This document shows, one piece after another, positions 20,602-30,905 of a DNA stretch of 64,000 nt (position 1 is its first letter; every line of letters starts with the position of its first letter). Below the pieces are notes generated by a model. The model worked only from the letters and a program-made list of their open reading frames with translations. It was not told the origin of the DNA and made no database searches. A program made the position numbers and the translations under genes. Origin of the DNA: Candidatus Atabeyarchaeum deiterrae (GTDB taxonomy: Archaea; Asgardarchaeota; Atabeyarchaeia; Atabeyarchaeales; Atabeyarchaeaceae); the NCBI GenBank assembly GCA_037310415.1, contig CP147780.1, positions 1,824,001 to 1,888,000 on the forward strand. The letters are read 5' to 3'.

Positions 20602-21447
20602 ATGTCTATCAAGATTCAGGATCTCCCCGACGTCGTCGAGATAGCATTGTTGTTGAATCTGGAAAAAGATGAAGCGGTTCCAGCGGCCGAATTGAAGCAA
20701 AGGATCGACAAGATCTGTGGAGAGAATTCTTGCATTGATAGCAGAGACTTCAACAAGGCGTCGGACAGGATGATGTCCGACAGGCTAATCACCGGGCGAA
20801 ATGGATTGGTTAAATTAACCAAGCGCGGTGCAAGTTTGGGAAGAGACTGGCGTAACCTGCTTTTGAAGAGAGAACCTACTCTTGAGGTAGTTGCAGGTTT
20901 AACTGATGGTTCAGTTACCGGACTCGTCGTTATACTCTCCGCATTTACGGCAAGCTTGGCGCCCAGCATAGCTATATTTGCGGCTTTGCTCACACTTTCT
21001 TCGGTGGCGATAACGAATTTCTCAAGTTTTCTGCTCGGCGGAATAACTGAGGATATATCAGATATGATAACTCTCGAGAGCCTGTTGAACCATAGCCTGA
21101 GTGACATTCCTAGCATCAAGGAGCGAGACAAGTCGCTTAGATTACTTAAAGAGCTTTTTGTGCTCTTGCACAGGCAGATAAGCAGGGCAAACATTTACGC
21201 AGCAACACTCTGCTGTACGACGACGCTTCTCGCTGGTTTCATTCCAATAGTTGTGTATTTGACACTACCGAAACCGTTCAATATCGTGTTGTCGCTTTGC
21301 ATAGTGGCGGTCACTGTAGGGTTTTTCTTGGTTCATTACCGTTCTAAGCGAACGAAGGTGCACTGGAAGGTTACGTTGCTGGAGACAATTGTGATCATAT
21401 TGATCGCAGTATTCGCCTCATTATTACTCGGCGCCGGAGGGATATAG
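20602..21447 (+). CDS. Winged-helix / VIT1-CCC1-like membrane protein fusion
   Basis: N-terminal wHTH ending LI..RNGLVKLTKRG; GLTDGSVT and LLAGFIP VIT1-like helices. Confidence 0.65.
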   Translation: MSIKIQDLPDVVEIALLLNLEKDEAVPAAELKQRIDKICGENSCIDSRDFNKASDRMMSDRLITGRNGLVKLTKRGASLGRDWRNLLLKREPTLEVVAGLTDGSVTGLVVILSAFTASLAPSIAIFAALLTLSSVAITNFSSFLLGGITEDISDMITLESLLNHSLSDIPSIKERDKSLRLLKELFVLLHRQISRANIYAATLCCTTTLLAGFIPIVVYLTLPKPFNIVLSLCIVAVTVGFFLVHYRSKRTKVHWKVTLLETIVIILIAVFASLLLGAGGI

Positions 21448-21545
21448 AACGAAAGATGGATGTCGCGTCCTGCCCTTTCCAGACACGCGCGTGGGAATGC
21501 CGCTTCAGAAGTGCTACTTTCTAAATCGATCCCGTTGAGAGCGGA

Positions 21546-22352
21546 TCAAGGTGGCTCCGCCCTCTTCGTCCTTTGTTCTGCGATCTCACAATACTCTGGG
21601 GTAATCTCAAACCCGACATAGTGTCTCCCAAGCTTCTTTGCTGCGACCGCTGTTGACCCACTTCCAATGAAGGGATCTAAGACGATCCCTTTCGGCGGGC
21701 AGAAACACGTTATGAAATCAATTGGGATCTGGTCTGGAAATGGTGCGGGATGTTTTCTTTTCAAAGGATCTTTATCTCCAGCCATCAAGTAATCCCAAAT
21801 GGTTCCCCGGCACTTGGTCGGGTTTATTGGTCTTGTGACTGTTTTCGTGGTTTCGCCGGTGGTTCTTCTGTTGCCGCTGCCAGTCAAGATTTCTCCGGCA
21901 TGCTTCGATGGAACCATTAGAAGCTTCTTGTTGAAGTATTGGGGTTTCTTGCCCTTCAAGAAGATCGGCATGTACTCATGGTCGACCCTGAATCTGGCTT
22001 TCCACCATGCGCCTTCTGTTCCATACTTTCTGTAGATTATCGTCTCAAATAACCTGAAGCCGATATTGTCGCACCAGTCAATTATTAATCGGAACGATGT
22101 GAGGGTTTTTGCGAAGGCTTTGGTCTGGTCTTGGATTACCATTACTGCTATTCCGCCATCTTTCAGAACTCTGTACGCTTCTTTGCCAGTTGAATGCAGG
22201 TCGACTGAGAATCCTTTGTACGTTCTAAGGTTATCGTATGGTGGAGACGTAACGACAAGGTCTATTGAGTCATCTGGAAGTTTTCTCATCCCTTCCAGGC
22301 AATCCATGCAGTAGATCTTGTTGAGCTCCAGTTCGCCTACCTTGATGGACAT
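21546..22352 (-). CDS. Beta-class N4C/N6A DNA methyltransferase
   Basis: TSPPY (motif IV) near the N-terminus, HPAPFP, LDPFIGSGST (motif I) near the C-terminus. Confidence 0.93.
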   Translation of the reverse strand: MSIKVGELELNKIYCMDCLEGMRKLPDDSIDLVVTSPPYDNLRTYKGFSVDLHSTGKEAYRVLKDGGIAVMVIQDQTKAFAKTLTSFRLIIDWCDNIGFRLFETIIYRKYGTEGAWWKARFRVDHEYMPIFLKGKKPQYFNKKLLMVPSKHAGEILTGSGNRRTTGETTKTVTRPINPTKCRGTIWDYLMAGDKDPLKRKHPAPFPDQIPIDFITCFCPPKGIVLDPFIGSGSTAVAAKKLGRHYVGFEITPEYCEIAEQRTKRAEPP

Positions 22353-22457
22353 GATGCTCCACCTTACTGTGCCCTTGACCGTTCTCCGTGAACCTAGGTA
22401 TTAAGAAATGCGGCTTCAGAAAGCTCCTAATGCCAATGAATGTTACGGCCATTCTGT

Positions 22458-23435
22458 CTACACTGAAAAGTCAATTGTGACCTCATGTTCGGCCATAGCT
22501 TTGCCGTCAGGCTGCGTTTTTGCTCGTGAGCCCTGAATTTCCAGTTCGCCAAACTTCAAACCGGAGGACTTAACGTCGGAGTTGTACGATTGGATTACTG
22601 CACGAGGGCCTTTTGGATTTGACTTTGCAGGATCCACACACTCTTCTTGGTTCTTGGCGCCAGTTCGCGAAAACATTGAGATCAAGATGTTCTTTCCATG
22701 TCTTTTGTAAACGTATGTTAATCGGGCTTCTCGTGGGTTAGGTAGATCCTCTGGACGAACACCTAACTTCAATTCCTTCTCTCCGTCAATTCGGAACGAC
22801 AGACGATCCTTGAAGGGTGCCAAGTGAGACGAAGGAATTGGATCGAAGTAATGAATCGGCTGCGCGTTTTTGGTGACTGGAATATTCACAGCCCCTGACC
22901 CGTCGTCCCCCAGTGGCACCTGCAAAATAGTCCATAGGGCAAAAGGTGACTCGAAGTTTTGGGCTGTCAGATGGTCGTGAATTCTCACCCTTCCCCACTG
23001 TGTGTCCTCTCTTTGTCGCACTTCAGCAAGTTCAATGCGCTTCGTAATTTTGCCAGTAAAGGTTTGTCCTGAAGCCATGTTTTTGGCGGATACGGTGCTT
23101 TCAAGTTCAACAGCATGAGCTTCCTTTAAAACTATTTTGAAGTTGGCAGGGTCTATTCCTTTCGGACACCGCCAACCTTTAAACTCCTCAGGGTCATCGT
23201 AGAAGTAAGTTCGTTCAGGCGAAATCCAAGTACGGATTCCTCCAGTGTTCCATTCTCTCTTTTTTAACACATCATCAATGTTCGGATTAACCCACAACAA
23301 GTTCCCTTTTCCGATGTCTACGCCCAGAACTCGTCCTCCGTACGAAAGGACTAGAATAGAAGCCCGCTCAGAGTGAATCTCCACTGTCTCAGCATATTCT
23401 CCAATTCGGTTCGACAGTTCTTCTAGCTCTGGCAA
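22458..23435 (-). CDS. DUF6786-like protein (possible aldose epimerase/mutarotase-like fold)
   Basis: YGGRVLG..LLWVNP..WNTGGIRTWISPE and FGELE motifs. Confidence 0.6.
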   Translation of the reverse strand: MPELEELSNRIGEYAETVEIHSERASILVLSYGGRVLGVDIGKGNLLWVNPNIDDVLKKREWNTGGIRTWISPERTYFYDDPEEFKGWRCPKGIDPANFKIVLKEAHAVELESTVSAKNMASGQTFTGKITKRIELAEVRQREDTQWGRVRIHDHLTAQNFESPFALWTILQVPLGDDGSGAVNIPVTKNAQPIHYFDPIPSSHLAPFKDRLSFRIDGEKELKLGVRPEDLPNPREARLTYVYKRHGKNILISMFSRTGAKNQEECVDPAKSNPKGPRAVIQSYNSDVKSSGLKFGELEIQGSRAKTQPDGKAMAEHEVTIDFSV

Positions 23436-23474
23436 ATAGATGGTTCACCCTCCCTGATGTTATAGCCTACCTCT

Positions 23475-24032
23475 CTATTCTGTCTTCCTATCCGAGACGA
23501 TCGTCTCGCGTCTGATTTCGGGATCGGTAAATACGTCTGTTTCATCTCGACTGCGGGTGGAAAACTCTGAGACTATGGCACCCTTGTCTCCACCTTGGAA
23601 CCAGTGAAGTACATTCGGCAGTAACGTGAACTGGTCTCCAGGTTTCAGAACCACTTCGTTCCAGACTGTGAAGTAGCGCTTCCTTTTGGCAGGCACAATT
23701 GCCTTTGGCCTTGGCGTAGGCTTCCCAGGGACATGGAGGTACACTTCGCCCCAGCGGCAGCGGAAAGTCTCCTCCTTGCCGGGATCGGCGCCGATTGGTG
23801 CGTGCCTGTGTTCGGGGCAGATTTGGCGTGGAAAGAGCACGAGTTCCTTTGCACATACACGTTCTGTGTTCACGTAGACGATTAATTCGAGACCAATGTT
23901 CTTGAGATCCCCAAGACATAGATCAGCTACCTCAATATGAGACCGCTCCTTAGGCGTCACAACAATGCCAGCTTTTCTCAACATCTCGTTGGCACGCGTA
24001 CGAGCAGTTTCATATTCTTCTCGAGAGATCAT
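23475..24032 (-). CDS. D-lyxose/D-mannose family ketol-isomerase
   Basis: CAKEL, QICPEHRH, PGKEETFRCRWG, HWFQGG, SEFST. Confidence 0.92.
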   Translation of the reverse strand: MISREEYETARTRANEMLRKAGIVVTPKERSHIEVADLCLGDLKNIGLELIVYVNTERVCAKELVLFPRQICPEHRHAPIGADPGKEETFRCRWGEVYLHVPGKPTPRPKAIVPAKRKRYFTVWNEVVLKPGDQFTLLPNVLHWFQGGDKGAIVSEFSTRSRDETDVFTDPEIRRETIVSDRKTE

Positions 24033-24162
24033 GGCATGTCTTCCTCCTGCAACGATACGTCTTGTATAGGGCTATGAGATGTGTAGCGGCTGAAATAAGA
24101 ATTGCTGAGGTCACCTGCTGCAACCCAAAGGCTAATAATCTCAGCCAAGGATAACAGGTGCC

Positions 24163-24648
24163 ATGACATATCACTTGAGACGAAAAGATAAGGAAATAAC
24201 TGACGAAGCGGAACTCATCAAAATACTCAAATCAACCAAGTACATCACCATGGCGCTGTGCAAGAATAATCAGCCTTACCTGGTCACGCTGAGCCACGGA
24301 TATGATGACCAACGGAAGTGCATCTACTTTCATTGCGCCTCAGAAGGAAAGAAGATAGACTACATGAAATCGAACAACGAAGTCTGGGGCCAAGCATTCG
24401 TGGACCATGGTTATGACGAGGGCCAATGCAACCATCTTTTCTCATCAGTCCACTTCTCAGGCAAAGTGACCTTCATCGAAAAACCTGAGGAAAAAGTGAA
24501 AGCAATGCAATGCATGATGAGGCAACTCGAAAAGAATCCTGAACCCATGATAGCCAAACTCAATGCTGAGAAACTAAAGGATGCGCTCTTAGGTAGAATA
24601 GACATAGAGCACATGAGTGGCAAGCAGCCAGAAAAGAAGGGCAAGTAG
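24163..24648 (+). CDS. Pyridoxamine 5'-phosphate oxidase-like / NimA family flavoprotein
   Basis: LRRKDKEI, PYLV.LSHGY, YFHCASEGKK, MSGK. Confidence 0.88.
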   Translation: MTYHLRRKDKEITDEAELIKILKSTKYITMALCKNNQPYLVTLSHGYDDQRKCIYFHCASEGKKIDYMKSNNEVWGQAFVDHGYDEGQCNHLFSSVHFSGKVTFIEKPEEKVKAMQCMMRQLEKNPEPMIAKLNAEKLKDALLGRIDIEHMSGKQPEKKGK

Positions 24649-24689
24649 ACCGAGCCCGAGAAAACAAGGAACGATATGAAGGAAGAGAC

Positions 24690-25016
24690 ATGGTACGCAA
24701 GACTCATCCATATAGACGCGGATACACCTTTGAGAGACGGGTTCGTGCTCACCTTGAAAAGGACGGATGGTTTGTAGTTAGGCAAGGCAAATCAGCTTTT
24801 CCAGATCTCATTTGCCTGAAGAAAGGTAAAGTCATGCTTGTGGAGTGCAAGGTCGATGGCTACCTCCGCCCTGAAGAGAGGAGAACGCTATTGGAGACCT
24901 CAACAAAGATTGGCGCAGAATCAGTTATTGCTTTCCGCGAGGGCAAGAAGATAATCTTGAGAAATCTAGGGAAAGAGGGCGTTACTGCACCCCATGAACA
25001 GGTCATACAGAATTGA
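24690..25016 (+). CDS. hjc: Archaeal Holliday junction resolvase-like nuclease
   Basis: G..FER....LE..GWFVVR..S..PDLI..VECK. Confidence 0.75.
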   Translation: MVRKTHPYRRGYTFERRVRAHLEKDGWFVVRQGKSAFPDLICLKKGKVMLVECKVDGYLRPEERRTLLETSTKIGAESVIAFREGKKIILRNLGKEGVTAPHEQVIQN

Positions 25017-25162
25017 GAATATTATTCGGGATTTTTCTTGTAGTTGCTCATGACAATCTACCAAGAAAGTCATCCCGCAAGAGAAATCATTCTAGCGCCA
25101 ATACTCTTACCTTTCCAGATATAGTAGTCCTGCTTTTCCATGAAGACTTCTCCAGCGCTCAT

Positions 25163-26014
25163 CTAAGTGAACTCTTTTCTTTCGAACAGTACCAGGCCCA
25201 AAACTGCCGTGACGATAAAGTACACTGACATAATCAATAATCCTTCAGGTATTGTGACGTTGAAGGTGGTAAAGGTGCGCGGGCCAAAATGCTGTACGGA
25301 AGTCTGCGACGGATACGGGTCTACGAGTACGTTTCCTATTACTCCCGCTCCGTAAGTTAGGATGAACCAGGGCTCAATCTGGGCAAAGGTAGCAACGAAG
25401 AGTTGAACAATGTTGAACGCGAAAAGAAAGAGAATGGCAGTGACTAGGATGGACATGGAGCTGCTCTTAAATAGCGAGCTGAAGAAAAATGTCAAGCCCA
25501 GAACTGCAACAAGATAGAAACATGCAAGAAGCAGGGAATCGACAAACTGGTAAGGTATACTTGAGAAGTAGTACAATCCGTTGGCCACGGTGATTGCAGC
25601 GAACACGCCCAGTATTGCCAATGATGCGATGAGAGCTGACAACCATTTTCCTATATATATTGACGATCTTCTAATGGGGTTTGGAACTCCGAAATAGCCA
25701 GTCTTGTTTTGGAATTCGCCAGAAATAGCATCACCACCGAAGAAGATTCCAGAAAGCACTATCACATAAGTGGCGATATTTCCCCACCAATCATCATAAA
25801 ACGACAAATCACTTGCAAGAAAACTTTCTGGACGATAATATCCAACAACCAGAGTGAGAACGGCGCTTATCAAAATCGCTATGGTCAGAAGTATGAAGAA
25901 CCTTCGGGATCTTACGTAATCCAGAAGCGTGTACTTCATGGTAATGCCAACTTGCTTTATGCTGCTCGGCACCTTGTTTCCGACTGCAATTTTGGTTTTG
26001 CTCATGTTTATCAC
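25163..26014 (-). CDS. ABC-2 type exporter permease
   Basis: DAISGEFQNKT..PIRRSSIYIGKW; 6 TM; FERKE end. Confidence 0.9.
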   Translation of the reverse strand: MINMSKTKIAVGNKVPSSIKQVGITMKYTLLDYVRSRRFFILLTIAILISAVLTLVVGYYRPESFLASDLSFYDDWWGNIATYVIVLSGIFFGGDAISGEFQNKTGYFGVPNPIRRSSIYIGKWLSALIASLAILGVFAAITVANGLYYFSSIPYQFVDSLLLACFYLVAVLGLTFFFSSLFKSSSMSILVTAILFLFAFNIVQLFVATFAQIEPWFILTYGAGVIGNVLVDPYPSQTSVQHFGPRTFTTFNVTIPEGLLIMSVYFIVTAVLGLVLFERKEFT

Positions 26015-26952
26015 AACGTGCTCTTTATCAGTTTGAGATATGCGTCTTCGAGGTCTGAGGTCGCCTGCCTGTAGCTAACTACGCCGACGTTCAGCGCTAC
26101 AATGCCCGCAAGAATTCTTTCCTGTGCGTCCAACCCGCCTTTGAAACTTATCTGGAAGGTTGTATCGCCGCTCTTTTCAATTTTGTCGATGCTTGGGACG
26201 CTTGCAGCTATCTTGTTTAGCAGTTCCGCATCCAACTGGCGGCGCAGTCCAACCTCAATAACGTTTTCTCCACCCGAAACTCTAGCCGTTACATTAGAAA
26301 TCGTATCATAAACGATCAATTTCCCATGGTCTATCATGGCCACTTCGTCGCAGACATCTGCTACTTCGCTGAGAATATGAGAGCTCATGAAAATCAGCCT
26401 CTCCTTACCCTTCAGAGATTTTATAATACCCCTGACCTCACTCATGCCTCTGGGATCTAGCCCAGTGGTAGGCTCATCCAGCAGAACCACGGACGGCTCA
26501 CTGAGAAGCGCAGATGCGACACATATTCGCTGTTTCATTCCCTTCGAGAACTTGCCAACTCTCTTGTCGATCCATTTTTCCATTCGGACTTCAGATACAA
26601 CCTCTTCTATTCTCTTTTTTCGTTCGGCGCGTGACACTCCTCGGATCTCAGCAATCATCGTCAATGCCTCTCGTGGTGTTAGCGCAGGGTAAATCTCGGG
26701 TATTTCGATAAGTGCGCCTACAGAAGCAAGCGCCCTTTTCTTATCCGTATGTACGTTAACACCATTTATCAGAGCTTTTCCTGAGGAAGGTCTAATCAGA
26801 TCAGTAAACAACTTGAGGGCAGTTGATTTCCCAGCACCGTTGGGGCCCAGCAAACCGACGCACTTCGCGCCCTCAATCTCCAGATTCAAATTGGAGAGAG
26901 CTGGAAAGGACCCGTATTTTTTCGAGAGTTTAATCGCTTCAATCGATGGCAT
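26011..26952 (-). CDS. ABC exporter ATP-binding subunit
   Basis: GPNGAGKST, FSKGMKQR, LLDEPT, SSH. Start moved to MPSIEA. Confidence 0.95.
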   Translation of the reverse strand: MPSIEAIKLSKKYGSFPALSNLNLEIEGAKCVGLLGPNGAGKSTALKLFTDLIRPSSGKALINGVNVHTDKKRALASVGALIEIPEIYPALTPREALTMIAEIRGVSRAERKKRIEEVVSEVRMEKWIDKRVGKFSKGMKQRICVASALLSEPSVVLLDEPTTGLDPRGMSEVRGIIKSLKGKERLIFMSSHILSEVADVCDEVAMIDHGKLIVYDTISNVTARVSGGENVIEVGLRRQLDAELLNKIAASVPSIDKIEKSGDTTFQISFKGGLDAQERILAGIVALNVGVVSYRQATSDLEDAYLKLIKSTL

Positions 26953-27037
26953 CCTAATCGCTTCCCAATATAACGTAACTGTATAACTTAAAAGGCGAAC
27001 TAACTCGGAGGGAGTTGCTTTTGTTAAGAAGCAAGAT

Positions 27038-27334
27038 TCAGGTTCTAAAGCGTAGTCTTGGAAACTTGAGCTGTCCCACATACTTCATTATCCAGCTTAC
27101 CAGCTCATCATAAGCTTCGACCCCCGCTTTGGCAAGGATCACGGAGCCGTCGATGTCTATCTCGATGAAGCCTTTGTTGGACATCCAAGCCAAGTACTTC
27201 ATCAGTTTGTCGTAGGCTAATCCAGTGTTGGTCGCGAGGGCTGTCTTGTTCATCCTGTTCTTCTCTTTTAACGCCTTGATTACCCTCGCGATGACGTAGA
27301 GATCAGGCTTGGAACTCGTCTCTTTTGAATTCAA
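27038..27334 (-). CDS. Winged-helix transcriptional regulator
   Basis: KTALATNTGLAYDKLMKYL..GFI..LAKAG. Confidence 0.85.
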   Translation of the reverse strand: MNSKETSSKPDLYVIARVIKALKEKNRMNKTALATNTGLAYDKLMKYLAWMSNKGFIEIDIDGSVILAKAGVEAYDELVSWIMKYVGQLKFPRLRFRT

Positions 27335-27974
27335 GGCTCAACCACCGCAATTCTAAAAGTAACATGTCCAGTGCGTGGATCTCCTTATAGCGTCTAAGAA
27401 GATCTTTGCCTAGGACAAAAAGAACAATCAAAAGTGAAAACGGCGCCAAAATAAAGCCACTGAAAGGTATTATTCTATGGAAAATGAAGAAGTTGATTGC
27501 GTTCCATAAAAGATTTAATCCGAAAAATGTAACGAACCAATATGCTGCAGTTTTCAAGAACCCATATAATGCATAACCGAGTTTTCCCATTACTATTTCG
27601 TCAAGCGTCTTGTCCCAATTTAGCTCCGACAGCATCTTCAGAGCTGATGGAAAACCATGGGACAGCTCTTCTTTCCACTCTCCCGTCTTAGTCGAGTTTA
27701 CACGTCTCCGCACATGAAGAATTCCTGCGGCGATGCCTAAAACTGGAATGAGAAGCATGATAGAGGTTGCCAGAAGGAAAAGGGGTCTGTCGAGTGTAAG
27801 CCTTAGTTCGAAAAAGTCAAACAGCATGGCGAGGACAAGATTTACTGTCATGGAGCCTCCGACGATCAGTGCAAATCTCTTCAAAGATCTGGCAAGCGCG
27901 TCATATCTCTTTACATGGTCGAGCGTCTCCATGAGCTCCTCGACCTTGGAGACAACACTTTCTTCTCTCATCAT
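27303..27974 (-). CDS. 4-TM membrane protein
   Basis: Four hydrophobic segments; overlaps the wHTH gene. Confidence 0.75.
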   Translation of the reverse strand: MMREESVVSKVEELMETLDHVKRYDALARSLKRFALIVGGSMTVNLVLAMLFDFFELRLTLDRPLFLLATSIMLLIPVLGIAAGILHVRRRVNSTKTGEWKEELSHGFPSALKMLSELNWDKTLDEIVMGKLGYALYGFLKTAAYWFVTFFGLNLLWNAINFFIFHRIIPFSGFILAPFSLLIVLFVLGKDLLRRYKEIHALDMLLLELRWLSLEFKRDEFQA

Positions 27975-28203
27975 AGGCCTTTCACATTGGATACTACGTT
28001 TGGATATCCGTCGCAGTAAGGAAGGTTGCTTACTGCTGAACGTAAGCTAAGCATCTTTATTACAGATATAAGTTAAACTCCCTCCCGATGAGCAAATAGT
28101 AAGTGGCGCGGTTGCAGAACGTAGTAACAAATCTATTAGGCTTGAAGTCTGGAGGAATTAGACTCAAATACCCGAGAGTCCTAGAGTCTTTCGGTGGAGC
28201 CCT

Positions 28204-28234
28204 ATAAGCACAACTCTTCTATTTTTGTGCTTAT
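28204..28234. repeat. Perfect 10-bp inverted repeat ATAAGCACAA-N11-TTGTGCTTAT
   Basis: Read directly from the sequence; intergenic. Confidence 0.7.
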
Positions 28235-28400
28235 CTGAGGCACATGGACTTCAGTGCAGCTTGTGTATCGAGCGCTAGTTGAGTCTTACCGTTGATGTCA
28301 AGAAGACCATTGCGAAAAGGACTACGGCCTCGAAGCTCGCCAGACATGGGAAGCCCGGGGTAATTCGACATGTGGCTAAATAATCCTTAGAATCGGAGAC

Positions 28401-29015
28401 TCATGTTATTTGTTCGTCGAGTACTCCAACAAGGCAGGGGCAGCTACTGAGGACGCTGCAGAAGCCGTAGAGGTCAGACCTGCCGTCGAGCCTGCGGAGA
28501 CAACAAGAGCGCAAAGTAGGAACATCTTGTGAATTTGCAAAGGAAACACACATCAGGTTAGCTTTGCCAAATCTCTTTTCGTACTGTTCGAATACAGCAT
28601 CAACATAAGCATCCAGACTTTCTCGAAGCAATTCCTGCCAAACTGGGTGTTCCTTTACCTGCCGTTTTGTCAGCCAGTCGGTGTTTATTTCATTTCTGTC
28701 AAATGTTTTTCCTTTGAGTTGTTTGAATTGCTCTTCCGTGAGAATAAGAACACTGTTCCCAAGTTTTGTGTCAACCATGGGGCCAGTAAGGAGGTTTGAG
28801 ATTATTTTGATTTCGTTGTTGAAACAACCAACTGCGTCTGGTGTGTCAAAGTAGTTGAACCACCAGCCATTAATAAGTGTCTCATTTCCTGAGGTCAAGA
28901 CTTCCAGCCTCTTCTCTGCCACTTCTTTTGTTGTCATCAGCCTTCTTCTATCTGCCGTCGACGCCAAGACTCTAAGGGGCACAATTGAGTTGTCAAGGTT
29001 TGAATCAGCAGTCAT
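28401..29015 (-). pseudogene. Foreign-looking hypothetical gene, probably starting inside the acr3 3' end and interrupted by TAA
   Basis: Same frame as acr3, separated only by TAA(29037-39)+VAGGEIE. A GGAGGAG-preceded ATG (MSGKT) lies at about 29120. Confidence 0.5.
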
Positions 29016-29036
29016 TTCGATCTCGCCCCCAGCTAC

Positions 29037-30182
29037 TTACATACCTTGTTCGACGATTGGGTTTTTCGGTTTCAATGCTTCGTTGATCATTTTCTCTGCA
29101 ACTATTGTTTTGCCACTCATCTCTGGTCTCCTCCCCTTGGCGAACATCTTGGTCTTCAGCCACAGTGAAACGTAGACCAAGCCGATAAGCACAGGAACTT
29201 CGATTAGAGGTCCTATAACTGCCGCGAAAGCTTCTCCCGAGTTTATCCCAAACACTCCAATAGCCACGGCTATTGCAAGCTCAAAGTTGTTGCTCGCCGC
29301 CGTAAAGGAGAGCGTCGCTGTTTCAGGATAGCTGAATCTCAAACGCCAAGACAGGAGAAAAGAAGAGACAAACATTATCAGGAAATACAATGCCAGAGGC
29401 ACAGCCACTCTGAGAACATCAAAAGGCAAATTCAGTATATACTCACCTTTCACGGAGAACATTATGACTATTGTGAAGAGCAGACCGATGATGGCGGTGG
29501 GGCTCAGCCTCGGAATGAATTTCTCTTCATACCAAGCCTTCCCCTTTCGATGGATCAACGTGAACCTTGTGATTATTCCAGCGGCGAAAGGAACGCCAAG
29601 AAAGATCAATACGCTTTGCGCGATATCCCAAACCGAGATATTCACAACCATGCCCGCCGACCCACTTATCCAAGAAGAGAGCAAGGTAACAAAGAAGTAG
29701 GCGTAAATCGAGTAGAACACCATCTGGAAGATCGAATTGAGAGCAACCAATACAGCCGCATACTCACTGTCACCGCCTGCAAGCAGGTTCCATATCAAGA
29801 CCATAGCAATGCATCTAGCCAACCCAACTATTATGATCCCAACCCTGTAATCAGGCAAGTCGGGTAGAAAGAGCCAAGCCAGTGAAAACATGAGAAAGGG
29901 TCCAATCACCCAGTTGAGGAAGAGCGACACTCCAAACATCTTCTTAGCGCCCTTAATCTTCCCGAGCTCCTCATACTTCACCTTAGCAAGGGGAGGATAC
30001 ATCATCCATAGCAGTCCGATGGCAATGGGAAGCGAAACAGTTCCTATCTGGAGCATGTTAAAAATCGTCGCAATCTGTGGGAATGCCCACCCTGCTCCGA
30101 CGCCGATAGCCATCGCCAGGAAAATCCAGATCGGAAGTAACCTATCAAGCAGCGAGAGTCTCTTCAAGGATTTCTCGGGCAT
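29037..30182 (-). CDS. acr3: ACR3 family arsenite efflux transporter
   Basis: [43 protein letters not shown]. Confidence 0.97.
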   Translation of the reverse strand: MPEKSLKRLSLLDRLLPIWIFLAMAIGVGAGWAFPQIATIFNMLQIGTVSLPIAIGLLWMMYPPLAKVKYEELGKIKGAKKMFGVSLFLNWVIGPFLMFSLAWLFLPDLPDYRVGIIIVGLARCIAMVLIWNLLAGGDSEYAAVLVALNSIFQMVFYSIYAYFFVTLLSSWISGSAGMVVNISVWDIAQSVLIFLGVPFAAGIITRFTLIHRKGKAWYEEKFIPRLSPTAIIGLLFTIVIMFSVKGEYILNLPFDVLRVAVPLALYFLIMFVSSFLLSWRLRFSYPETATLSFTAASNNFELAIAVAIGVFGINSGEAFAAVIGPLIEVPVLIGLVYVSLWLKTKMFAKGRRPEMSGKTIVAEKMINEALKPKNPIVEQGM

Positions 30183-30211
30183 GTTCCACGCCGCTATCTA
30201 AGTTTATATTT

Positions 30212-30235
30212 ACGTATTTAGATTCATTAATATGA
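30212..30235. promoter_or_regulatory. Putative ArsR operator upstream of acr3
   Basis: ACGTATT-N10-AATATGA, overlapping the palindrome GATTCAT-TAAT-ATGAATC. Confidence 0.65.
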
Positions 30236-30444
30236 ATCCACAAGAAGTGACATATATATCTTATTATGATCGGTTCAGAAGCGACAAGAGGTTAACATAG
30301 ATATTAGTTTGGAGTAATGTTCAGATGAGGTGCAGACCGTCACCGAAAGAAATAGGGGCAACGCGGCGCTAGCCGTTTCATAGATCTTTCTAGCTTCAAG
30401 GTGTCTCCATAGCTCAAGCGGCTGAGGTTACTTTCCGGCAAAAT

Positions 30445-30468
30445 ACATATTTGGTCTCGTTGATATGA
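30445..30468. promoter_or_regulatory. Putative ArsR operator upstream of arsR
   Basis: ACATATT-N10-GATATGA just before the start codon. Confidence 0.6.
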
Positions 30469-30475
30469 ACTAGCG

Positions 30476-30877
30476 GTGGATGAGAATATGTCGAAAAATC
30501 GTTCGGACCGAAGACTAGTTAGGCTGGTTGCTTCGCCCTATTGCCAGGGCAAGGATGCTTCTAAGTACGCGGGTGAGTTGAAGGAGTTGGCTGACAAGGT
30601 AGCGAACAGAGATTTGGCCATCAGAGAAAGCCGGCTCTTCAAGGCTCTGAGTGACGACAGCAGAATTAGAATATTGAAGTTATTAATGGTTCGCAGGATG
30701 TGTGTTTGCGAGATAATGGCTGCACTGGACATGACACAACCAACTGCGTCTCACCACCTGGTGCTGTTGGAGAAGGAGGGTTTGCTGGAAAGAAGGAAAG
30801 AAGGGAAGTGGGCTTACTATTCTCTTGCAAACCCGAAGATTGTTGAGGCCATAAAGAGGTTCATTATTGGGAGGTAA
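30476..30877 (+). CDS. arsR: ArsR/SmtB repressor with CVC As(III) site
   Basis: FKALSD..RIRIL, MCVCEI, QPTASHHL, GKWAYYSL. Confidence 0.93.
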   Translation: MDENMSKNRSDRRLVRLVASPYCQGKDASKYAGELKELADKVANRDLAIRESRLFKALSDDSRIRILKLLMVRRMCVCEIMAALDMTQPTASHHLVLLEKEGLLERRKEGKWAYYSLANPKIVEAIKRFIIGR

Positions 30878-30905
30878 CTCCTGACAAAGAGCTGGTGCTG
30901 GGTAG

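Noticed and set aside
21546-25016. Provirus or restriction-modification island from MTase plus Hjc-like nuclease
   Set aside because: They are separated by metabolic genes; no integrase, capsid genes or att repeats seen.
30403-30430. tRNA-like 5' segment (TAGCTCAAGCGGCTGAG)
   Set aside because: No anticodon arm, T-arm (GTTCRA) or acceptor complement follows.
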